From an uncultured Gammaproteobacteria bacterium (GTDB taxonomy: Bacteria; Pseudomonadota; Gammaproteobacteria; Arenicellales; DRJH01): a stretch of 25,437 bases of DNA. The position numbers and the translations under genes were made by a program. The notes below the pieces were generated by a model. It ran no database searches. It saw nothing but the letters and a program-made list of their open reading frames with translations, and had not been told where the DNA came from. The number at the start of each line of letters is the position of its first letter. Position 1 is the stretch's first letter. This document shows, in pieces, positions 8,760 through 15,974 of this stretch. Location of the stretch: the NCBI GenBank assembly GCA_964614335.1, contig CAZTLH010000001.1:1-25437 (forward strand), in the 5' to 3' direction.

Positions 8760-9716
8760 TTAAGTCTCCCTGAATTCAGGCTCTTGAGTTAATCGACTGG
8801 AACGGATCTTCAGCCTTCCAGGCCAGGAGATCAGGAATACGGCACTGACAACCAGAATGGCGCCAATAATCTGAGATTGACCCAATTGCTCTCCGATCAG
8901 GATGATCGCCAGACTGATTGTAAATAGCGGCTCAAAATTCATCAACATGGCGCCGAGCAATGCACCGGTATATCGCACACCAATAAACATGGCCAGTTGT
9001 GCCACTGCGACTGTTAAACCAACAATACCCAATTTTCCCCAGACCACCGGCGTCTGCGGCATTGTCAAGTCGCCGGATAACAAAACAACGATTACGAAGA
9101 GAAAGCTGGCAATAGCCAGCATATGGATATTCACGGCTACACTGTCATAAAGATGGCCTTTCCTGGCACTCAGGAGAATCAGTGTGGCCAGTGAGCCACC
9201 GGCCAGCAATGCAAAGCCAATTCCTGCCAATGACAAATGAATATCAGCTGACAAGTTCAATGCCAGAGCCAGACCGGCGAATGCTGTCATCAGGGCAATC
9301 ATCTTGCGGCCGGACAATGGCCGGTGTTCAATAAAACGCACCGCGAGTGCCACAAAGAATGGTGCCGTATAAAACAATAAAACAGCCAGGCTAACGGGGA
9401 TGTATTGGGTTGCAGTGAGGTAACCGAAACTGATAAAGAATCCACAAACGCCCAGCTGCAAGGCATACCGCAGACCATCTGCCGGCAAACCTATGGGGCG
9501 TTTGTGAAATATTTGATAACCCAGCAGCACCACGGTCGCCAGCAAAAAACGACCGGCGTTGGAAGTATTGACCGAAATCCCCTCTTGAGAGATCAAAAAG
9601 GCTGTTACCAGGCTGGTGCTCCAGCACAAGGCAGACAGCAGCAGCAAGGAAATACCAAATAATCGTTGCGAAGACACCAACCCGGGCCCAGATCCCTGAG
9701 GGGATTTTATCTGCAT
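8760..9716 (-). CDS. EamA/DMT-family transporter
   Basis: About 10 hydrophobic helices in two repeats; LLFYTAPFFV and MNFEPLFT motifs. Confidence 0.88.
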   Translation of the reverse strand: MQIKSPQGSGPGLVSSQRLFGISLLLLSALCWSTSLVTAFLISQEGISVNTSNAGRFLLATVVLLGYQIFHKRPIGLPADGLRYALQLGVCGFFISFGYLTATQYIPVSLAVLLFYTAPFFVALAVRFIEHRPLSGRKMIALMTAFAGLALALNLSADIHLSLAGIGFALLAGGSLATLILLSARKGHLYDSVAVNIHMLAIASFLFVIVVLLSGDLTMPQTPVVWGKLGIVGLTVAVAQLAMFIGVRYTGALLGAMLMNFEPLFTISLAIILIGEQLGQSQIIGAILVVSAVFLISWPGRLKIRSSRLTQEPEFRET

Positions 9717-9731
9717 GGAGCACCCCCCCTT

Positions 9732-9765
9732 CTTAAGTGTGCCTTAAGCAATCCATCAGTATGAT
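9732..9765 (+). promoter_or_regulatory. PmrA/QseB-type box plus -10 for the repeat lipoprotein gene
   Basis: CTTAAG-TGTGC-CTTAAG (9732-9748), then 11 nt, then TATGAT (9760-9765). Confidence 0.65.
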
Positions 9766-9809
9766 GCTCGTCACTCATTGATAATCTCTCAAATCAGGAA
9801 AAACAGACC

Positions 9810-10814
9810 ATGAAAACGACACACCGTAACTTACTCTCCCTCGCAATTGGATTAACCCTGGCTGCATCACTCAGTGCCTGTTCTGGTGGTGGATCGACAT
9901 CAGGTGGTGGATCTGTTTCCACGGCCAGTTTAGGCAAAACCACGTTAACAGGAAATATCACTGCTTTAGGTTCAAGTCCGGTTGCCATGAACCAAGGCAT
10001 CGATACGCAGATCGCACGCCTGGCAGTCCGCCAACTCTTCGCCGGTAATAATGCTCAGGCGCTGGATTGTACGTCGATTACAGCGTCAGTGGGAAGTATT
10101 TCAAAACGTGTCAGCTCTTCTTGTGACTTCAGACTGGAAGGCGTGCAGGAAGGCTCTCAAACCCTTGTACTGACTTCCTCAGCCGGAACAGCAGCAATCC
10201 CGGTGCACCTGAATCGAAATGAGACAACGCACTTGGACAATATCCGGATTACAGGAAGCACTGCCAGTTCAGATGGTCATACCATCACAAACAAAAAAAC
10301 AGGGACTACTCGTCATGAAACAGGCGAACGTAGTAGGCCTGGCCAAAACAACGATGTAAATCATGTCAGTAATGATACCAACCATAACAATACCCATGCC
10401 AGCAATGACGCCAACCATGTCAATGACAACTCCCATGCCGGCAATGACGCCAACCATGTCAATGACAACTCCCATGCCGGCAATAACATCAACCACACCA
10501 ATGACAACTCACAGACCGGCAATGACGCCAATCATGTCAATGACAACTCCCATGCCGGCAATGACACCAATCACGCCAATGACAACTCCCATGCCGGCAA
10601 TGACGCCAACCATGTCAACGACAATTCTCATGCCGGCAATAACACCAACCACGCCAATGACAGCTCTCACACCGGCAACGATGGCAACCATACCAATGAC
10701 AACTCTCACGCCAGTGACAACTTCCAAGCCGGCAATGACAGCGGCCATGCAAGCCACGGGAATGATAACGGCAATCAATGTGATCATTCTGTAGGCGTTT
10801 GCACGGCCGGTTAA
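9810..10814 (+). CDS. Lipoprotein with a small beta-rich domain and a His/Asn/Asp-rich repeat tail; function unknown
   Basis: Basic N-region, hydrophobic core, lipobox LSA-C24, Gly/Ser linker; in-frame 13-aa repeats; followed by a terminator. Confidence 0.85.
   Translation: MKTTHRNLLSLAIGLTLAASLSACSGGGSTSGGGSVSTASLGKTTLTGNITALGSSPVAMNQGIDTQIARLAVRQLFAGNNAQALDCTSITASVGSISKRVSSSCDFRLEGVQEGSQTLVLTSSAGTAAIPVHLNRNETTHLDNIRITGSTASSDGHTITNKKTGTTRHETGERSRPGQNNDVNHVSNDTNHNNTHASNDANHVNDNSHAGNDANHVNDNSHAGNNINHTNDNSQTGNDANHVNDNSHAGNDTNHANDNSHAGNDANHVNDNSHAGNNTNHANDSSHTGNDGNHTNDNSHASDNFQAGNDSGHASHGNDNGNQCDHSVGVCTAG
10404..10715 (+). repeat. Eight tandem 39-bp coding repeats (consensus NDANHVNDNSHAG)
   Basis: Units start at 10404, 10443, 10482 ... 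10677, for example AATGACGCCAACCATGTCAATGACAACTCCCATGCCGGC; degenerate half-units on both sides. Confidence 0.95.
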
Positions 10815-10865
10815 ACTGCACGCCGTCATACTCATATATTATTGGATTATCGCAACCTCTTATTG

Positions 10866-10892
10866 AGCGCAGGCCTCGCCTGCGCTTTTTTT
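10866..10892 (+). terminator. Rho-independent terminator after the lipoprotein gene
   Basis: AGCGCAGGC-CTC-GCCTGCGCT stem running into a T7 tract. Confidence 0.85.
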
Positions 10893-10976
10893 GTCGTGAC
10901 AAGACTGCATGGACAGGACAGACTGCAGGTTGTAAAGTGTCGTGGCTCTTCAACGATACATTTTGGGAAATACTCT

Positions 10977-11492
10977 ATGAAAATTCGATTTACAATCGTT
11001 TCTACTATCGCTGCAATGCTCTCACTTCTCTCTTCAGTCAGTACAGCGGAAACCTTCCCGGTAATCAAAAACAAAACCGTGCTGGCCGAATGCACCGATT
11101 GTCACATGGCTTTCCCGCCACAGACGCTCACAGCAAAATCCTGGCGCGACATGATCAGTCATTTGTCAACACACTTTGGAGAAAGCATCACACTGGATGC
11201 TGCAATAACCAAAAATATCACCGCTTATTATGTAAAATATTCAAGTGACAAGAGCAATATTCATGCGGCAAAAAAATGGCGCCAAAAAACCAGGGCTACC
11301 CGTATCACCGAAGCAAGCCGCTTTATCAAGAAGCATCGTAGTTGTGCCAAGGCGGTGTGGACTCAACCCGAAGTAAACTCCAGGGCCAACTGTCAAGCTT
11401 GTCATAAAACCATGCAAAAGAATGGCAGCACCCGGGTGAACTTATCATTTTTACCGAAAAAATTGCGCAATAGCTGCGACAGCGGCGAATAA
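10977..11492 (+). CDS. Diheme cytochrome c (DHC family), paralog 2
   Basis: Signal peptide from MKIRF (10977); CTDCH and CQACH heme sites; DHC motifs HFG and FIKKH supply the distal His. Track start 10842 crosses the terminator. Confidence 0.88.
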   Translation: MKIRFTIVSTIAAMLSLLSSVSTAETFPVIKNKTVLAECTDCHMAFPPQTLTAKSWRDMISHLSTHFGESITLDAAITKNITAYYVKYSSDKSNIHAAKKWRQKTRATRITEASRFIKKHRSCAKAVWTQPEVNSRANCQACHKTMQKNGSTRVNLSFLPKKLRNSCDSGE

Positions 11493-11513
11493 AGCCTGCA
11501 ACGAATATTTTTC

Positions 11514-12845
11514 TTAATTTGCAGGTCGAATTGGTAATGCAATTTCGACCTGTAATCCGTGCAGTGAGTGTGAATTTCTGAATATCATACTCCCACCATA
11601 ATGCTTGACAATATCACTAACAATCGACAAACCAAGGCCATGACCTTCTACAGTTTCATCAAGACGTTGACCGCGTATTGCCAATTTATCTAGTGTCGGA
11701 GCATCGAGTTCGTCGCCGTCATCCTCTACATGGATCTCGATCATGTCACCATGATGTATTCGACACAACACCCGGGAGCGGGCCCATTTAACCGCATTGT
11801 CCAGCACATTCCCGAGCAATTCCAGCATATCTTCGCGCTCACCAAATTTTGGCAAGTCAGTATCGAGATCCAGTGAAATGTCTATTGTTTTGTTCCGATG
11901 CATGGCCCGTAATGCCGACACCAGATCAGGCAGCTCTTTACGGGCATCAAACGGTGCAATAGAACTACCACTGCCAACAATTCTGGCTCGCTTCAATTCG
12001 CGCTGTATCAACTGCTGGATCCGACTGGCCTGTGTGGTCGCTATAACAACCTCAGATACTGACATTACTTTGTTGCGCTCAAGAATTTGCATCAATAACG
12101 CCAATGGTGTCTTCAAGGCATGCGCGAGATTACCCAGCGCATTGCGCGAGCGCTTCTGACGATCGCGCAACATACCCAATAAATGATTGATTTCGCTAAC
12201 TAACGGCTGGACTTCAGTGGGGACATGCTGGTTTAACTGTTCTTTTTCCCCACTGGACAAGGCCAGTATATCCTTTTGAATTTCCCCCAACTTGCGAACC
12301 GTGGTCCTGACCACCAACCGCTGTAACAATAGCAACAACAACAGTCCCGCCACAGACAAGATCGCAAAATAACGCACGAACACATTCGTTCGGTCATGAA
12401 AAGGGATCATGTCCTCGGCCACAGCAATGGTAAGATTTTGGCCCTTTCGAACAAAACCACGTGAAATCAATAATAGTTCCTGCCGCTGCGGCCCGGCCAC
12501 GGTCCTCGTTTGACTCTGCCCCGGTGCAAGATCAGAAACGGTCAGTGTAAAATCCCAGAGGGATCGGGATGTAAATGCGGTATTACCTGGATAATGAACA
12601 ATATAATAGTGGCCAGAAAAAGGCTGGCGATAGACCGCAGGCATGTGCTCTCGGACCGGACCTACATTTCGCTGCTGCAGATCGATGGAGGCTAACAGAC
12701 TTTCAATATCGTGATTGAGTTTATCTGCGACGAACTGTTGGGTTAGTGATGAAACGGCAAAGTGTCCCAACATCCAGACCGATGTCAAAACAATGACTAC
12801 ACCAATGGTCAGACTTAAATGCAGATACGATGCCAGTGACCTCAT
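11514..12845 (-). CDS. Sensor histidine kinase, PhoQ/FeuQ-like
   Basis: Two TM helices, HAMP-like region, H-box LAHALKTPL, N-box ELLGNVLDNAVKW, G2 GHGLGLSIV; start overlaps the regulator stop (ATGA). Confidence 0.93.
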   Translation of the reverse strand: MRSLASYLHLSLTIGVVIVLTSVWMLGHFAVSSLTQQFVADKLNHDIESLLASIDLQQRNVGPVREHMPAVYRQPFSGHYYIVHYPGNTAFTSRSLWDFTLTVSDLAPGQSQTRTVAGPQRQELLLISRGFVRKGQNLTIAVAEDMIPFHDRTNVFVRYFAILSVAGLLLLLLLQRLVVRTTVRKLGEIQKDILALSSGEKEQLNQHVPTEVQPLVSEINHLLGMLRDRQKRSRNALGNLAHALKTPLALLMQILERNKVMSVSEVVIATTQASRIQQLIQRELKRARIVGSGSSIAPFDARKELPDLVSALRAMHRNKTIDISLDLDTDLPKFGEREDMLELLGNVLDNAVKWARSRVLCRIHHGDMIEIHVEDDGDELDAPTLDKLAIRGQRLDETVEGHGLGLSIVSDIVKHYGGSMIFRNSHSLHGLQVEIALPIRPAN

Positions 12846-13510
12846 GTTACAGTATCAACCAGCTGGTAACCTCGGCCACGATGGGTGTGGATCGCATTCG
12901 TATGCAGTTTCTCGCGTAAATTATGAATATAAACTTCAAGAACATTGCTGTCACCGGAACCTTCATCATCGTACAACAACTCAATCAAACGGGTTTTCGA
13001 GAGGATTTTACCGCTGTTAAGCATAAAGATTTTTAGTAATCGAAACTCCATCGCCGTCAGTCGCGTTGCGTTCCCATTCCTGTCGATGACCTGATACTGG
13101 TCTTCATTAAGGGTCAGACCGGCAACGGTCAGGTGTTGACCTGCCTGACCGGCGGCTCTTCGTAGCAAGGCCTCCACACGGGCTTTAAGTTCTTCAAAAT
13201 GAAAGGGTTTGCCCACATAGTCATCCGCGCCAGCCTGCAGGCCGGAAACCCGTTCTGACCACCCATCTCTTGCCGTCAGAATAATGACCGGTACAGCATT
13301 TTCGTTGTTACGCCAGTTTTTCAGCACTTCCAGACCACTGCGACCCGGCAAGCCGAGGTCAAGAATAATGGCAGCATAACCGACTTCATCACCCATAAAT
13401 TGGGCATCAATGCCATTGTCCACCACATCCACTGCGTAACCGCATTGCTGCAATTCATTACTCAGCACATCGGACAGCCCCTTGTCATCCTCTGCCAGTA
13501 GAAGTCTCAT
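12842..13510 (-). CDS. OmpR-family response regulator (PhoP/FeuP-like receiver, PmrA/QseB-like recognition helix)
   Basis: LLAEDD, ILDLGLP (phospho-Asp), ILTAR, GADDYVGKPF, winged helix SNVLEVYIHNLREKL...RGRGY. Confidence 0.95.
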   Translation of the reverse strand: MRLLLAEDDKGLSDVLSNELQQCGYAVDVVDNGIDAQFMGDEVGYAAIILDLGLPGRSGLEVLKNWRNNENAVPVIILTARDGWSERVSGLQAGADDYVGKPFHFEELKARVEALLRRAAGQAGQHLTVAGLTLNEDQYQVIDRNGNATRLTAMEFRLLKIFMLNSGKILSKTRLIELLYDDEGSGDSNVLEVYIHNLREKLHTNAIHTHRGRGYQLVDTVT

Positions 13511-13534
13511 ATTCGAATCTTGTTTCGTACCCTA

Positions 13535-13746
13535 GGAGGCTGTCCGAGAACAGGAGCCGACCGGTTTGTTGCTCCTGCAAAACCGGCACTTCCGCCATCC
13601 ATGGCGGTCGTAGCGAGGGAAAGCGGATTTGAGGACATTTTTTCGATCCTTTGAGGCGAATAGTCATTCTATTTAACGAAAATGAGCGGAAAAATGGACC
13701 AAAGCCCGATTTTCCGCAGTAGGCTCTCTGTTCTCGGACAGCCTCC
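13535..13746. mobile_element. 212-bp MITE with 19-bp perfect terminal inverted repeats and TA target duplication
   Basis: Left end GGAGGCTGTCCGAGAACAG (13535-13553); right end CTGTTCTCGGACAGCCTCC (13728-13746); TA at 13533-13534 and 13747-13748; internal hairpin CCGCCAT-CC-ATGGCGG (13592-13607); no transposase. Confidence 0.88.
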
Positions 13747-14042
13747 TAATCAGTTTCAATTTTTTGTTTAATGATTGTACCACTAGATGCATCGACCTCG
13801 ATCTCCAGCACTTCCCCGCCAGGGTTTACAAAATCCAGTTCATAAACAGGCAAATCATATTTGCTTTCAAGCTTGACTTTGAGCAAGTGATACCCCGGCA
13901 ATTCTTTTTGAAGAGCGGATAATATCTTGTCAAGGGACAAAATTTTTCCACTGGCGAGCATTTCGCGAACTTCCAGCTGTTCCTGATTGAAGTCGTCCGC
14001 CACACTAACCTGAACTGCCAGCATGATCAAAAAACCGATCAT
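13746..14042 (-). CDS. PepSY-domain periplasmic protein
   Basis: Hydrophobic signal; ILSLDKIL...LKVKLE...VYELDFV..GEVLEIEVDASSGTII PepSY pattern; usual neighbour of this TCS type. The frame is open upstream to 14075, so the start is uncertain. Confidence 0.85.
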   Translation of the reverse strand: MIGFLIMLAVQVSVADDFNQEQLEVREMLASGKILSLDKILSALQKELPGYHLLKVKLESKYDLPVYELDFVNPGGEVLEIEVDASSGTIIKQKIETD

Positions 14043-14068
14043 GCCGACAAATTTCAGTGGTACAGCAA

Positions 14069-14581
14069 TCAGTCGTCACCACCACGGCTACGCCCTGGAA
14101 TTCGGACACCGTGCTCACTAAATACACCCTGCTTTGCGCCTGTGTGGCAGGCATCGCAACGAGCAAAGGTTTTGACCTTTGGATTGCCTGTTACCCACCG
14201 TGAAGGCACTTCATTATGGGCCCGATGAAACCAGGTAGTATCGGTAATCCGGTTTGACTTTGATGTCGCTGACGAGAACCAGCGACGACCCGAGGCATTT
14301 TTTTGTAAATACTGGCTGATTAATTTTGACGTTTCAGGAGACAACTCTGCGTTATCACCGAAATGGTCGGCTAAATTACTCATAATCCCTTTCCAGCTTT
14401 TAGAAGACAAACCTTTTGTTGGATAGGCAACGTGACATGCACTGCATTCAGTTTGATATGCCTTTGAACCTTGACTGGCCAGTGCGACACCTGATTGCGC
14501 CAGCCATAAACTGACGGTCAACATCAGCAAGCCGGTTAAGCCGGTTAAGCCGGTTAAAGAGGACTGAATTTTTTTCATCAT
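14069..14581 (-). CDS. Diheme cytochrome c (DHC family), paralog 1
   Basis: Signal peptide; ECSACH, SWKGIMSNLADHFG, RITDTTWFHRAH, RCDACH; AAGGAG SD. Confidence 0.92.
   Translation of the reverse strand: MMKKIQSSLTGLTGLTGLLMLTVSLWLAQSGVALASQGSKAYQTECSACHVAYPTKGLSSKSWKGIMSNLADHFGDNAELSPETSKLISQYLQKNASGRRWFSSATSKSNRITDTTWFHRAHNEVPSRWVTGNPKVKTFARCDACHTGAKQGVFSEHGVRIPGRSRGGDD
14531..14557. repeat. Three perfect 9-bp tandem repeats (GCCGGTTAA)3 encoding LTGLTGLTG in the DHC signal peptide
   Basis: Direct reading of the sequence. Confidence 0.9.
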
Positions 14582-14626
14582 AAAAGCTCCTTATTTAAAT
14601 ATTAATGTATGGTGACCGAGAAACAC

Positions 14627-15028
14627 TTATTGAGCGGACAAAAATTGTAATACATCACCTTTTTCCTGTGCTGTACACACACGTCCGAGAACCCACTTGC
14701 AATTACGCCGGAACCATTTTTTCACCTTTTTGGCTTCGGTCAAACGAGCTGGATTGACTGATGGTGCCATAGGCTTGATCACCTTCCCCGTCTTGACATG
14801 CTTGCCAGACACCTTCAGGTTCCTGGTATGACAGCCAGTACAATCACGTTGTTTGCCCGCTTTCGCGTTGTTGTGTTTGGTATTCCAAAAAGTCTGCCCG
14901 GCGGCTGCCGTGAAAGGGCCCGCACCGGCTGCCTGGTACTTGCTTTGCAAATCGGATACCACACTCGCAGATGCCAGCAATGGCATTGCAGTCAATAACA
15001 GGACTACAGGTAATTTGAATCGTCGCAT
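14627..15028 (-). CDS. SHP-type (Sphaeroides heme protein, DUF1924) monoheme cytochrome c
   Basis: Signal peptide; CTGCH; GKVIKPMAPSVNPARLT; KWFRRNC...LGRVC with the family's axial Asn and C-terminal disulfide pair; adjacent to DHC. Confidence 0.9.
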   Translation of the reverse strand: MRRFKLPVVLLLTAMPLLASASVVSDLQSKYQAAGAGPFTAAAGQTFWNTKHNNAKAGKQRDCTGCHTRNLKVSGKHVKTGKVIKPMAPSVNPARLTEAKKVKKWFRRNCKWVLGRVCTAQEKGDVLQFLSAQ

Positions 15029-15086
15029 AGTAAAACTCCTGGTTATTTATGAAAGAATATTCCTGACACGAAAACGTATGACACCC

Positions 15087-15119
15087 AGCATACACCGGGA
15101 TACTTAATTAAGGCTTAAG
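15087..15119 (-). promoter_or_regulatory. PmrA/QseB-type box plus -10 for the SHP-DHC-PepSY-TCS operon
   Basis: On - strand CTTAAG-CCTTA-ATTAAG (15119-15103), then 10 nt, then TATGCT (15092-15087); overlaps the DsbA-like stop codon. Confidence 0.6.
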
Positions 15120-15744
15120 AAAACAGCAAAGTTACGCATTGATTTAACATCGCTTGTGGATCTGTATACTGCACTGCAATCGGATTCGTGGCACCGTCAT
15201 GTTCCAGAACGAGACCGGGAAATCCACCGACTCCCAATTCTCCAACACGGTGAAACTGTCGCGCCATCTCGACCCGGACCTGTTCAGAATGCAAACTTTC
15301 GGTATAGGCAACAGCATCGATATCAAGTTGCGTGGCCAGAGCCACCAGCACTTCTTCATCGGATGGATTGCGGGCCTGAAGATAATAGGCTTGTTGTATG
15401 GCATGGGTCATTTCATCTGCCTTTCCCCAATGTGCCGCTGCAATGACCGCCCGGCATGCCGGGTAGGTACTACGTCTGGGAAGACATTGTTCCCAGAAAT
15501 CATAGTTAAAGCGGGTGCCGGGAATTCGCTGTTCGATGGACTGCCATGTTTGTCGTAGATAGTGCTGCATCTGTAGCGGCATCGGCTGATCTGAATCCGC
15601 AGCCAAACCACCCACCAGTTTCACGACCCTGACTATATCAGGCAATAATAGCTGCAGCTGTATCCAGGCAGGGCGAAATCCCCAGCACCAGGAACACATC
15701 GGATCGTGTGCGTAATATAATATTGAATGCTTTTCCTTCATCAT
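15115..15744 (-). CDS. DsbA/FrnE-like thioredoxin-fold protein, no signal peptide
   Basis: YAHDPMCSWCWGF (CxxC), STYPACRA, cis-Pro loop GFPGL. Confidence 0.88.
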   Translation of the reverse strand: MMKEKHSILYYAHDPMCSWCWGFRPAWIQLQLLLPDIVRVVKLVGGLAADSDQPMPLQMQHYLRQTWQSIEQRIPGTRFNYDFWEQCLPRRSTYPACRAVIAAAHWGKADEMTHAIQQAYYLQARNPSDEEVLVALATQLDIDAVAYTESLHSEQVRVEMARQFHRVGELGVGGFPGLVLEHDGATNPIAVQYTDPQAMLNQCVTLLFS

Positions 15745-15974
15745 TTTATTACCTTACCAAACAGATCAACACGGGAGCTCCGACCAGGATTTGCTGATTG
15801 TTTTCTCGCTCGATGGCTATTTGGCCAACTGGCTCATAAAGGCGACAAACAAATCTTTATTATCGCATTTCCGGTGAGTGCTGCTGATATCACCAGGTCA
15901 TTGCGCATGCCAGGCAGCGTGTGTGATAGCATATGGATCGCTTTTCAACACACATCTACCCACCCGGAACAACA

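Noticed and set aside
10404-10715. 39-bp repeats as a CRISPR array
   Set aside because: Units are directly adjacent with no unique spacers, keep the reading frame, and no cas genes are present.
10269-10953. Alternative-frame ORFs (10363..10794 +, 10269..10496 -, 10509..10835 -, 10615..10953 -)
   Set aside because: Stop-free by-products of the tandem repeat; the lipobox-bearing frame explains the region.
10842-10976. N-terminal extension of DHC2 in the ORF track
   Set aside because: Spans the intrinsic terminator and would bury the signal peptide.
13485-13667. 60-aa ORF starting inside the MITE
   Set aside because: No transposase motifs; overlaps the RR start out of frame.
14587-14603. Possible third box CTTATT-N5-ATTAAT before DHC1
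   Set aside because: Weak match in an AT-rich spacer overlapping the ribosome-binding site; likely chance.
15064-15084. TGACAC-N9-TGACAC direct repeat upstream of SHP
   Set aside because: 15-bp period does not fit the 11-bp OmpR-type spacing and it is not repeated at the other promoter.
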